A DNA stretch of 64,000 bases, taken from assembly GCA_963805925.1 (NCBI GenBank), contig CAWDWB010000010.1, positions 212,527 through 276,526 on the forward strand, in the 5' to 3' direction. Numbering within the stretch: position 1 is the stretch's first letter; every line of letters begins with the position of its first letter. A program made the position numbers and the translations under genes. Shown in pieces: positions 38,347-48,107 of this stretch. The notes beneath the pieces are model-generated. The model searched no databases. It saw only the letters and a program-made list of their open reading frames with translations, and had not been told where the DNA came from. This DNA is from an uncultured Acidobacteriota bacterium. Its GTDB lineage: Bacteria > Acidobacteriota > Terriglobia > Bryobacterales > UBA6623.

Positions 38347-40368
38347 TCAGGACGCGTCTCCGGCCTCGCCGCGAACGGTTTTGAGCGTCATCGCGGCGAG
38401 CACGCCGACCCCGGCCAGCAGGGCGATCCAGAAAAGCGCCTTTTGCGATCCTGGACCGGTTCTGAGCCGGCTGCTGGCGCTAAAGAGCGGATTCGCAACG
38501 ACTTCGCCCAGGGCCGCCGCCCCGGCGCGAGCGGCTAGCACCGTCGAGGACGCCTGCGAGAGTTCGTAAACCGGAGGCCGATCATCGGGGAAACCCAGCA
38601 AGAGTTTGTAGTCCCCAGCCGGCGCCACGGTATAGAGGTCGGGCAGAGGAAAGCGCCCCTCGGCCTTCGGGGCCGCGAGCGAGCGGTCATTGCCGTCGAT
38701 CACCACCAAGCGCAAAGCCGTCGCACGGATTGCGTCGAACTCGATCTGTATCGGCTCGCGCGAGGTCTCGGCTCGCGATAGTCTGCCGGCGGCAACAATC
38801 CGCTCGGGCTGGCCTTCGATCGCCGCGAACAGTTGGTAGGGCCTATCGAAAAACTCGTTCTCGAAATCGAGCCGTACGCGATCGAGCGTGGCGGGTTGAG
38901 CCGGCAACTCAAGCCGATACTCGGTACCGTCATCCGCGTCGTCGTTTTGCGTCGATGCCAGAGGAAGCCAGACCTGTCGGGCGTTGCGATCGAGCAGATA
39001 GGCCCACTGGGCGGAATCGCCGTCCACGAGCCGGATGTCGGCAAAATCCGCGCGGCAGTGAGCGACGTCTTCGATGCCAAGCTCGACCCGCGAGAGACCT
39101 TCGCCGGAGGGCGTCAGTTGAACGTGTCGCAGGTGCGAGTAAGCCCGGCCGTCAATCGCCGCGCCAGGCCGCGAGGCGAAACCCAAAAGCGGTCCGACAG
39201 AATAGCCGGAGTTCTGGCTAATCGGCCCCAGGCGGGCCTCGGCTGGTCCGGTGCGGCCTGCGACTGATTGCAGAATTCCTTGGAGAGAAGCCAAGTCGTA
39301 GCGCCGCGGCGCCGCGCGACCGCCTCCAAAGCGCAGCATGCCCGCGGAAGCGCCGGAGGGGCCGGGTGACATGGTAAACAGCAGGGCCGGTTTCGCCGCC
39401 AGTGCCGTCACAGTGAGGTTCTGAAGCGGCGGGCTGTCTTGGTTGAGAATTCTGACGATCAACCGGTCGCTCATGGCTGGCCGAACTTCGATTTCTAAGT
39501 TCTCGAGCGGCGGCTCGGCTGGCACTCGGAAGATCGACCGGGCCTGATCCAGGCGGCGGTCCGGCGAGCCGGTGACGCGATCCAAGATTTCGACGGACCG
39601 GACGAATGTAGGAGTTGATGTGGCAAAGCGTAGAGCTGTCACCGTCAAACCGCGCGGGCGTTCCAGTTCTAACTCCGTCCAGGGCCCGTCTACGGATTGC
39701 CTCAAGATCGTCAACGGCGCCTCGCGAGGAACGGACGTGCGCAGACGGCTGTTCGCCAATTCGATCTTCGGCGTGATGAAAGAGCCGCCTTCGCCCTCAA
39801 TGGCGACTTCAAGCGTGCGGCTAGGCAGGGACGGTAAATCGAAGGTCTTGCGATAGACTCGACCGGACTGCAGCCAAAAGAACGAGGCCCCGCGCAGGAG
39901 TTCGGTGCGGCTTCCTCCGGGCTCGATGGCGTTGACGTCAATATGCCGGACGAAATCTCTGGAAGCATGTTCGAAGCGCAGTTGCCAGCGTCCTTCGAGC
40001 GGTACGGCTTCGTCCAGTTCGAGCGTATACACTTCTCGGTAGCTTGTCTGGCCGCGTTCCGGCTCCTCGGTCGAGCGATCCGCTGAGATCACGTTCAGCG
40101 GATAGGACGTCAGGAACTCAGGCCCATCCGACTCGGGCAAGCCCGCCTCCAGCGAATAGGGAACTTCGCGCCCCTCGGAGTCGAATAGACGCAGATCCGA
40201 AAGGTCCGCCGCCACTTGGGTCAGCACTTCATTGGGCAGTTCCAAACGGGAGAGGCCGGCTGAGTCGACGAAGACTTCCGCTTGTTCGGGGAACAGCTCC
40301 GCCGGATTGGGCTGCGCCGCTAGAGTTCCCAGCGCAACGAAGTACAAGCAGACGAACCATCGGGTCAT
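38347..40368 (-). CDS. DUF3999-like secreted protein with C-terminal TM anchor
   Basis: 673 aa. Signal peptide, beta-rich body, terminal TM (LFWIALLAGVGVLAAMTL). Its start overlaps the upstream gene's stop (ATGA). The family assignment is tentative. Confidence 0.5.
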   Translation of the reverse strand: MTRWFVCLYFVALGTLAAQPNPAELFPEQAEVFVDSAGLSRLELPNEVLTQVAADLSDLRLFDSEGREVPYSLEAGLPESDGPEFLTSYPLNVISADRSTEEPERGQTSYREVYTLELDEAVPLEGRWQLRFEHASRDFVRHIDVNAIEPGGSRTELLRGASFFWLQSGRVYRKTFDLPSLPSRTLEVAIEGEGGSFITPKIELANSRLRTSVPREAPLTILRQSVDGPWTELELERPRGLTVTALRFATSTPTFVRSVEILDRVTGSPDRRLDQARSIFRVPAEPPLENLEIEVRPAMSDRLIVRILNQDSPPLQNLTVTALAAKPALLFTMSPGPSGASAGMLRFGGGRAAPRRYDLASLQGILQSVAGRTGPAEARLGPISQNSGYSVGPLLGFASRPGAAIDGRAYSHLRHVQLTPSGEGLSRVELGIEDVAHCRADFADIRLVDGDSAQWAYLLDRNARQVWLPLASTQNDDADDGTEYRLELPAQPATLDRVRLDFENEFFDRPYQLFAAIEGQPERIVAAGRLSRAETSREPIQIEFDAIRATALRLVVIDGNDRSLAAPKAEGRFPLPDLYTVAPAGDYKLLLGFPDDRPPVYELSQASSTVLAARAGAAALGEVVANPLFSASSRLRTGPGSQKALFWIALLAGVGVLAAMTLKTVRGEAGDAS

Positions 40369-43340
40369 GACTGATCCTCCGCCGTGGGCCGGCCGAATAC
40401 GAAGCGTTGATAGGCGATCGAGACTGCCAGGAGGGACAGGGCCAAGCCGACGAGCGAGGCCACGCGGTAGAGGTCTTCGAGTTCGCCCAGGTCATAGAGG
40501 AAGACTTTGCCGATGGTCAGCAGCAGGAAGGCCAAACTGGTCCAACGCAGGGCCTGGATGTTGGTGCGGAAGGCGATAGCGAGCAAGCCCAAGGCGAAGA
40601 CGGCCCAGGCGGCGGACAGAGTCAAGTCGCGTGCGGGGAGGCGCTCCATGGTGAACTCGATGGCGCGACCGGCGGAGAAGGCGTCGAAGATGGTCAGGTT
40701 GATCCAGGCGAAGACGATAGCGATGGCGCCGCTGAAGCAGAGCACCGCTCCCCAAGCCTTTTCGTTGACGTAGAAGCCCTTCTCGGCATCGCGCAGCCGA
40801 GCGACCTCAAGCTTGTTGAGGATGGCGGCTGAGCCGACTAGAGCCGCGGCGGGAACGAGGTAGCCGTACATCATCCAATTGAGGACGGGCCGGCCGGAGC
40901 GGGCATAGTATTCGAATACTTGCGGATTCAAGATGAGGCGGGCGATCACGAAGGCCGACAACATCAGCGCGAAGTACTTGAGGCCGGGATGGTCGAGGCG
41001 CTTCCACAGTTGCAACAGTGCGAATGCTTGGACGGCCCATCCGATGGTGATCCATTCTTTCTCTAGCTGCAGCGGGATGGCAATAGAGACGAAGGAGAGA
41101 GCCACGGCGGCGAACCAGACGAGTCCGCGCAAGCGTGCGGCGTTGGCCTCGTCGATCAATTGCCGCAGACGCATGGCGGCGCCGAGCGACAGGGCGCCGA
41201 GAGCGAGCGGGACGATGCCGATCATGTCGTCGCCAAAAGCGCTGTCCCAGGTCTGCGCCAGGGCGATGAACCAAAGCGGTCCTGCCAGGGCCGCCGCGTA
41301 AGTCGTCCAACGCTCTCGGAGGAATCTGCCGCCGACGGCGAGAGGCCACGCGGTGAAGGCCGCCGCCGCGAAGAACAGTAGCGCCAGGACGGCGCCGACC
41401 TCGTCGTCGGCGACGCCCGCGGTAACGCGCAGGGTGTGAGCGAACGAAGCGAGTCCGGCCGCAGCCAGGTACGTCTTGCCGTCGCTGAGGCGCGTGGCCG
41501 CTAGTGCGGCGAGCGCGGCTAGGCCGGTGGTTGCGGCGAGATAGAGCAGCGTCGAGAGCGCGCGTTCCCCAAACATCGGCACGCTCAGTACGAGCAACAA
41601 CAAGGCGATGGCAGCCGCGGCGGCGTCGGCCTTGGGGCGGGGGATTCTGCCGCGGAAGGCCAAGGCTTGGAACGCCGCTGCACCGAGCAAGACGACCGCA
41701 TAACGCAGCGCGTATTCCGGGGCCCCGAATGCGTTGAAACCGAGAATGGAAGATCCCAGCGCGGCGCCGAACAAGCCGGCGGCCACGAAGAGAGGCACAG
41801 CCGCCTCGCGCATCCAGGCCTGCCGGACCAAGAGGCCGGTCATCAAAACCACGCCGAGCAACCAAGGCAGGTAGTCCGGCGGGCTGGCCGGAAATGACAT
41901 CAGCGCGAGTGTGGCCAAAAAGCCTGCCGAAGCCGCGAGCGCCGGCGTGACTGGAAAGCGGGCGCCCTCGCGATCGACGCGTAGCCAAGGCTCTTCGAAG
42001 ATGTGGAAAAGGACGGCCAACACCGCTGCGATCGCCACGGATTCCCATGACAGGGCCGTGGAGAAGTCCATGCGCGAGGTCCAGACCATGAAGATGGCGA
42101 CGGACGCTGCCGCAGAGCCCAACGGCAGTGCGGGGAAGCCGTCGACGCGGTCGATCCACAACGCGGCGGCGGACAAGATGAACATCAAGCCGGCGATGGG
42201 CAACAGGTGCTCGCTGAGTTCGGCGCGGCCGGCGAAGTACAAGGCCAGTGTGAAGGGCAACAGCAAACCGCCGGCTTGCGTGAGCTGCCACGAAGGAGTC
42301 TCTTTGGAGGCGTTGTCTCCGAACTTGCCGGCGGCGGCGAAGAATACGGCGAATAGCGCGAGAATTCCTAGGCCCAAAAATGTGCGTTCGGGACCCATGT
42401 TGGCGATGATCCAGCCCGCTTGGTAGAAGGTCGTCGCGCAGAGGCCAATGAGAGTCAACAGCGGCCACTTACGTTCGCGGGCTAACGCGAACAGACCGAC
42501 GTTGAGCAGCAGCAGATAGCCGAACAGGCCGATGGGGTTGTCCTGTCCGCTGGAAAGCAGCAGTGGGGTGGCGAAACCGCCGACCAGGCCGAGCAGCGCG
42601 ATTTCGCGCGCGGAATGCCGCCAGGACAACACGCCGCAAACGACGGTGGTCAAACTCATCAGGGCGAAGGCGAGTCCCGTGCCGATGAAGCCATAGAGAT
42701 TCTTTGCCGCCCAAGTGGAGGCGTAGAAGACGATGACGCCGGCTCCAGCGAGGGCATTCGCTGTCGATACGTAGTTGCGTTTGCGCAGGAACTCCGAGGC
42801 GACGATGGCGGCTGAGCCGACCAGGAAGCCAATGGCGACGCGAACGATCGGCGGGATGAGGCCGTGCTCGATCGAATACTGCAGGAACAGCAGGGCGGCC
42901 AGTCCTAGGACAATCGCGCCGAGCAATGCCGCGCCGCGCACGCCAATGAGCCGTTCCCACTCGATGCCGGAGCGGGCGGCGGCGGGCGCGGCCGGCTGGT
43001 ATGTCTCAGCGGGAGCGGGGGGCGGTACGTAGCGGAATGGCGGCGGCTCGGGGGGAGTCGTTTCGGCAGGCGTTTCGGGAATGGGTGGCGCAGTTGGTTC
43101 CTCGGCGAGCGATTCGGCGATCTCTTCGACGGCGGGCGCTTGCTCGGCTTCGGGAGGCGGGGCGACAATGCCGCCTTTTTCGAGTTTCTCGATACGCGCT
43201 AAGAAGGCTCTTCGGCTCGCGTTAATTTCGAGATGGAGATCGGCGATGCGCTGCGCCAGCCGCTGGTTCTCTTGGCGCAGCGTGCTCAGTTTCTGGCCGA
43301 AGACAATAGCCAGCAGGACTACGAATAGGAAAGTCCACAT
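40365..43340 (-). CDS. DUF2339-like giant polytopic membrane protein
   Basis: 991 aa. N-terminal TM plus coiled coil (LRQENQRLAQRIADLHLEI), a Pro-rich linker, then more than 20 TM helices. Confidence 0.65.
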   Translation of the reverse strand: MWTFLFVVLLAIVFGQKLSTLRQENQRLAQRIADLHLEINASRRAFLARIEKLEKGGIVAPPPEAEQAPAVEEIAESLAEEPTAPPIPETPAETTPPEPPPFRYVPPPAPAETYQPAAPAAARSGIEWERLIGVRGAALLGAIVLGLAALLFLQYSIEHGLIPPIVRVAIGFLVGSAAIVASEFLRKRNYVSTANALAGAGVIVFYASTWAAKNLYGFIGTGLAFALMSLTTVVCGVLSWRHSAREIALLGLVGGFATPLLLSSGQDNPIGLFGYLLLLNVGLFALARERKWPLLTLIGLCATTFYQAGWIIANMGPERTFLGLGILALFAVFFAAAGKFGDNASKETPSWQLTQAGGLLLPFTLALYFAGRAELSEHLLPIAGLMFILSAAALWIDRVDGFPALPLGSAAASVAIFMVWTSRMDFSTALSWESVAIAAVLAVLFHIFEEPWLRVDREGARFPVTPALAASAGFLATLALMSFPASPPDYLPWLLGVVLMTGLLVRQAWMREAAVPLFVAAGLFGAALGSSILGFNAFGAPEYALRYAVVLLGAAAFQALAFRGRIPRPKADAAAAAIALLLLVLSVPMFGERALSTLLYLAATTGLAALAALAATRLSDGKTYLAAAGLASFAHTLRVTAGVADDEVGAVLALLFFAAAAFTAWPLAVGGRFLRERWTTYAAALAGPLWFIALAQTWDSAFGDDMIGIVPLALGALSLGAAMRLRQLIDEANAARLRGLVWFAAVALSFVSIAIPLQLEKEWITIGWAVQAFALLQLWKRLDHPGLKYFALMLSAFVIARLILNPQVFEYYARSGRPVLNWMMYGYLVPAAALVGSAAILNKLEVARLRDAEKGFYVNEKAWGAVLCFSGAIAIVFAWINLTIFDAFSAGRAIEFTMERLPARDLTLSAAWAVFALGLLAIAFRTNIQALRWTSLAFLLLTIGKVFLYDLGELEDLYRVASLVGLALSLLAVSIAYQRFVFGRPTAEDQS

Positions 43341-43528
43341 GTGCGAGCGCGAGAGGATTGTATCAGCGATGCTCTGCTAGGAGACTCGAGATTTCTCTCT
43401 ACTGCCCACCATATTCATGCAGGTCGTCTTATTTTCCAAGGCGATAGCGCCCTTAGCTGGGGTACGGTAAGTCGCCTTAGCCGCCCGCCCGCCGTAGATC
43501 GCCGACGGACCTATGGCAGCATAGGAAT

Positions 43529-44069
43529 GTGAAGAAGCATCCGCGGAAGGTCTTGATCGTGAGCTGTTCGCTCAACACCGGCAGCCGCTCGCATCGGCTG
43601 GCGACGGCGGCGGAAGCTACCTTGAAGGCAGGGGACAGTGAGGTGTGCCCTCGTCGACCTGCGCGACTATGACTTGCCGATGTGCGACGGCGAGACGACC
43701 TACGACGCGCCTGCTGCCAAGGAGCTCTCGAAGCTCATCTCGGAGTCCGACGTGATTCTGCTGGCGGCGCCGATCTACAACTACGATCTCAACGCGGCGG
43801 CCAAAAACTTGGTCGAGTTGACCGGCGCGGCCTGGAAGGACAAAGTCGTCGGCTTCTTGTGCGCCGCAGGCGGACGCAGCAGTTACATGAGCCCGATGGG
43901 CATGGCCAACAGCTTGATGTTTGATTTTCGCTGCGTGATCGTGCCGCGCTTCGTCTACGCCATTGGCGAAGATTTCCGCGATGCGGGCGAACTCTCGGAC
44001 ATCGTCCAAGAGCGCATCGAGCAACTTTGCACCGAGGCCGTCAAATTGGCCAACGGTCTTGCGGGCTAG
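43529..44069 (+). pseudogene. NAD(P)H-dependent FMN reductase (flavodoxin-like), one frameshift near 43640-43650
   Basis: A GTG at 43529 gives VKKHPRKVLIVSCSLNTGSRSHRLATAAEATLKAGDSEV, which is strand 1 plus the FMN phosphate loop. The sequence continues in ORF 43638..44069 in another frame (ALVDLRDYDLP...LLAAPIYNYD). Confidence 0.7.
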
Positions 44070-44341
44070 CTCGACGGCGGAACGTAGTCGGGAGGCGCTT
44101 CGCCGCCTTCGCCGAAGAAGTACGCTTCCATCTGCTTCATGATCATCTCTTGCGCTTCGAGCGTCGCCGGGTTCAAGCGGAACTCGTTGATGATCATCTT
44201 CAGATGCTCTTTCCACATGTCCCAGGCCTGTTTGGACACGTTGTCGTAGATCCGCTGACCGAGAGGATGATCGAAAGGCGTCTCGTCGAGGCCCGGCAGA
44301 TCTTTGCCGAGCTTGGCGCAGTGGACTATGTGTTCGGACAT
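44066..44341 (-). CDS. yggX: Fe(2+)-trafficking protein YggX
   Basis: 91 aa. VHCAKLGKDLPGLDETPF...LGQRIYDNVSKQAWDMW...MIINEFRLN is the YggX signature. Confidence 0.85.
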   Translation of the reverse strand: MSEHIVHCAKLGKDLPGLDETPFDHPLGQRIYDNVSKQAWDMWKEHLKMIINEFRLNPATLEAQEMIMKQMEAYFFGEGGEAPPDYVPPSS

Positions 44342-44387
44342 GCTGTGAACTCCAAGCTTCCTATTCTAGACTTTCCCGCCTGCCTGC

Positions 44388-45177
44388 CTAGAGCCGGTTG
44401 CCGGTGAAGCCGCCGTCGACGTAGATCTCGGTGCCGGTGATGAAGCTGCCTGCGGCGCGGGAACAAAGCAGTAGTACAGCGCCGACCAACTCGTGCGGTT
44501 CGCCGAAACGATTCATCGGGGTCTGGGCCATGATCTTGGCGACGCGCTCCTTGTCGAGGATCTTGCGGTTCTGTTCGGCGGGGAAGAAGCCGGGGCAGAG
44601 CGAGTTGACGCGAACGCCTTTCTCGCCGTATTCGCGGGCGACGTTCTTGGTGTAGTTCACCACCGCCGCCTTGGAGGCGGAATAGGCGAAGACGCGCGAC
44701 AGCGGCAGATGCGAAGTGACGCTGCCGATGTTCAAGATCGAGCCGCCGTCTTCTTGCTCGGCCATCATCGGCGCAAAAGCCTGACAGCCGAGGTGCGTGG
44801 CGGTCATGTTGGTGTTCATCACGCGGTCCCAGTCTTCGTCGGTGATCTCGGCGAAAGGCACGGCGGAGTTGACGCCGGCGCAGTTGACCAGGATGTCGAC
44901 GACTTGTCCGCGAGGCGACGACCTTGTCGCGCAGTTCGGTGATGGATGCGCGCGAGGTGACGTCGACGGGGATGAACTCGGCGCTGCCGCCGGCGTCGCG
45001 GATGATCTTAGCCCGCTCTTCGCCGCGCTCTTGGGAACGGCCGGCGACGACAACGTGGGCTCCTGCGGAGGCTAGGCCGTCACACAAGGCTCCGCCGAGC
45101 ACGCCGGTTCCGCCGATCACGATCGCCGTTTGGCCATCGAGGCCGAATAGTTGATGTAGGTACTGCTCTGACGCCAT
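44388..45177 (-). pseudogene. short-chain dehydrogenase/reductase, one frameshift near 44905-44915
   Basis: ORF 44326..45177 carries TAIVIGGTGVLGGAL (TGxxxGxG) up to ELRDKVVA. ORF 44388..45053, in another frame, continues GQVVDILVNCAG...YSASKAAV...VNSLCPG. Confidence 0.85.
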
Positions 45178-45336
45178 AAGGCGTCAATTGTCGCACGGAG
45201 AAGGGGTGGGAGTTCTTGGCGATTGGGATTGAAGACGCTGAGGCGATGGACCGGTGAATCGGGCCGAAGAACCCAGGAGTGGAGATCGAGGCATTGGCGG
45301 CGGGCAGGAAAGGGGCCGTGCTAGAGTAGCGACCTC

Positions 45337-46519
45337 ATGTGGAAACCCGCCCTACTGCTCCTCGTCTCCGTAGGGCTGTTTGCCCAGTACGATCCCGCCC
45401 GAGTCCCCGCCGCCGTTCAAGCTGATCCCGGTCCGGAATACGGCAGTGAGTGGAGGACCTTCGACGGCATTCCGACGATTGCGCGCGCGCCCGGCGGCCG
45501 GCTGTGGGCCGCCTGGTACGGCGGCGGCGACAACGAAGGGCCCTTCAACTACGTCAGTCTCATCACGTCCGGCGACGGCGGCACGACGTGGTCGTCCTCC
45601 GTCCTCGTCGTCGATCCGCCGGGCTGGAGCCGGGCCTACGACTCCTGCCTATGGCTTGATCCGAACGGTCGGCTGTGGCTGTTCTGGGCGCAGTCGATGA
45701 CGAAATGGGATGGCCGCGGCGGCGTCTGGGCGATCACTGCTGACGACCCTGACGCTGCGCGTCCCCAGTGGTCCAAGCCCCGCCTGATTGCGGACGGCGT
45801 GATGATGAACAAGCCGACCGTCACTCGGGGCGGCGACTGGCTGCTGCCGATTGCTGCCTGGGACAAGCCGGTCGAAGTTGCCGCGCAAAACGAGCGCTAC
45901 GGGCTGGGCCTCTCGCCTGAGGCCATCGAGGCGGTCAGTTTCGATCCGGGGCCGGAACGCGGCTTGTCATTCGTCTACCGCTCGCGCGACGCCGGCCGGA
46001 CGTTCCAGCGGCTCGGCGGCGCCCGCGTCGATGACGTTGACTTCAACGAGCATATCGTCGTCGAGCGCAAGAACGGCGACCTGTGGATGCTCGTTCGGAC
46101 TGGCTACGGCATCGGGCAAAGTGTTTTCCCGCGACGGCGGCCTGACGTGGAGTACGGGTGAGCCGTCCGGCATTCCGCACCCGGTGACGCGCTTCTACGT
46201 GGGCCGGCTGGCCTCAGGCGCGCTACTGATGGTGCGGCACGCGCCGCCCGAGCTTGAAGGCCGCGGCCCGCGCTCACATCTGACGGCTTTCGTCTCTGAC
46301 GACGACGGCGAAACCTGGACCGGCGGACTGCTGATCGACGAACGCCTCGGCGTGTCCTACCCGGACGTCGTGCAGGAGCCCGATGGCCGCATACGCGTGA
46401 TCTATGATCGAGACCGTCGTGGGGATCGCGAGATCTTGCTGGCGACTTTCACTGAAGGGTCGGTGCGGAGAACCACAAGCGAGATCGAGCGTGGCGTGAT
46501 CTATCGCGGCAGGCCATAG
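45337..46519 (+). pseudogene. BNR/Asp-box repeat (sialidase-fold) protein, one frameshift near 46111-46122
   Basis: Signal peptide. Asp-boxes SGDGGTTW and SRDAGRTF in ORF 45337..46161, and SRDGGLTW and SDDDGETW in ORF 45851..46519, which is in another frame. Confidence 0.7.
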
Positions 46520-46575
46520 CTATGCGTTCCGACCAGCTGACGTTTTCCAGTTCGTGGTCCTGGGCGGGACGTCGC

Positions 46576-47320
46576 TTAGCCTTGGACTCTGTCCCCTATA
46601 GCGCCCCTAGCCCTCTTCCACTCTTCCTTCTTCGGCGCCGAAAAGGGCGTTGACCCCTTTTCTCTTTTCTTCCGGGAGAACTCAGCGTTCCACAAGGAGC
46701 GATTGACGTGCCATGCTCGACGAAAAATTGAGCTAACGTCTTGGAACGAGTCTGGGACAAGACGCATCTCCAGAAGCTTTGCCCTTTTCACATGCTTCCA
46801 TGGCGACAACCGCCACCCGTTTGCCAGTCTGCATACTTCTCGGATGACGGGAACGTAATCCGGGTCCCCTGAGTACAAGGACGGCCACGTCGTAGTTGCC
46901 TTGGTAAGCATGGGTCAACATATCGGTGGTCAGCTTGATGTCGACGCCTTTGGATCGTCGGCTTCCTTCCGGCTTCACAAACACCTCTGGGCTGAAATTC
47001 AGCATCCGAAGGTAAGAACGGACGTCCTGGATGCGCTCGGGACGTGATGCTGAGGCGTAATGAAACTGAACGAACCGCTTCTGGGAAAAGATGTCCGGAC
47101 CTATTCCAGGCCTTGGGAACCACGTCTCCAAAGGTCTCGCGCGGGAGCTACCCCGGGTTGTACGGCGGGATCCAGAGGTACTCGCCCGCAGAGTAATACG
47201 GCAAACCCTTGAATCCGCCTGGCAACGGGTCAGATGTGAGGTTGAGCCTTTAAAGTCTTAGTGACCTTCTCCTGATACAAGGTACTGGCCGTCGACGAAC
47301 ACCATCCAACGCAGAGTCAT
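46576..47320 (-). pseudogene. NYN/LabA-like (PIN-fold) domain gene, copy 1, at least 6 frame changes
   Basis: The pieces MTLRWMVFVDGQ, TLYQEKV, LNLTSDPLPGGFKGLPYYSAGEYLWIPPYNPG, FVQFHYAS...SKGVDIKLTTDMLTHAYQGNYDVAVLVL, SGDPDYVPVIREV, QTGKRVAVVAMEA..ASGD and RLVPDSFQDV lie in alternating frames. The ATG sits 1 nt after the stop of copy 2. Confidence 0.6.
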
Positions 47321-47321
47321 C

Positions 47322-47952
47322 TCAGCTCGACCGCCGCTTATTAGATGCCGACCGCTTGGACCCAGGAGTCTGGAACGGCCCTGTAATGTCCTGGTAATGG
47401 TTCGCGGCCCTTTTGAGATCACCCGAATTACCCAGAGCGTCTCGGAATGACGCAACACATACGCGCTTGCCCATGCGCTTCACCGCTTTGATGACGGGCA
47501 CGAAGTAGATCGTGGACACGAGGACAGCCACGTCGTAATTGTCCTGGTAGCAGTGGAGAAGCATGTCCTTCGCAATGGTGATGTCGACGATCTTGGTCGT
47601 TTCTGTTCCCTTAGGTTTCTGAAGACGACCGGATTGAACATGATCCCTGAAAGGATGTCTTCCGTTGCCTTCACGTCGTCCGAGCTACCAACAACAGAAG
47701 TGTAGTAGTGAGAAGCGGTCGACTGCCGGTCCAGATCCCACGGCGTCCATTCCACCGGTAGCCTATCGCCCTCGAACCTAGCTCGGTAGTGATCTCCCGC
47801 TGGCGGATGATATGCGCAGCAGCTGCTGCGATAGTCATGGGTCTCTCCCCAGGGGGTAGCTGAAGGCAGTTTCAACTAGCAAGCGCGAATTGTCCGAGTT
47901 CCTAAACTTCTCAGCTTGGAGAGTTCAGGTTTTCGCCATCGACGAAGGCCAT
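47322..47952 (-). pseudogene. NYN/LabA-like (PIN-fold) domain gene, copy 2, at least 3 frame changes
   Basis: MAFVDGENL | TLQAEKFRNSDNSRLLVETAFSYPLG | THDYR...HYYTSVVG...MFNPVVF | KPKGTETTKIVDITIAKDMLLHCYQDNYDVAVLVSTIYFVPVIKAVKRMGKRVCVASF. The junctions are at about 47921-47930, 47845-47856 and 47612-47622. Confidence 0.6.
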
Positions 47953-48107
47953 CCAGCGCAGTAGGCATCGCCAATAATTCTAGATCCTTTCCTCGGCCAG
48001 CGCGCGACGATCGCCGGGCTGTCGGCGACGTGGACGTTGAGCTTGGCCAAAAACACCAAAGCACCAGGTGCCTCTACCAAGTGGCAGCTGGCCCGGTAAA
48101 GGCATCT

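Noticed and set aside
40807-42468. 553-aa - strand ORF, extremely Arg-rich
   Set aside because: It is an alternative frame of the DUF2339-like membrane gene. The composition (RRRGR runs) is typical of an off-frame translation of GC-rich TM-coding DNA.
47275-47930. Idea that the shared frame change right after FVDGxxL in both NYN copies is a programmed +1 frameshift
   Set aside because: Each copy also needs several further frame changes, in both directions and at non-equivalent sites. With that many breaks, one positional coincidence is expected by chance. I saw no shared slippery heptamer or downstream structure. It is kept only as a remark in the NYN finding.
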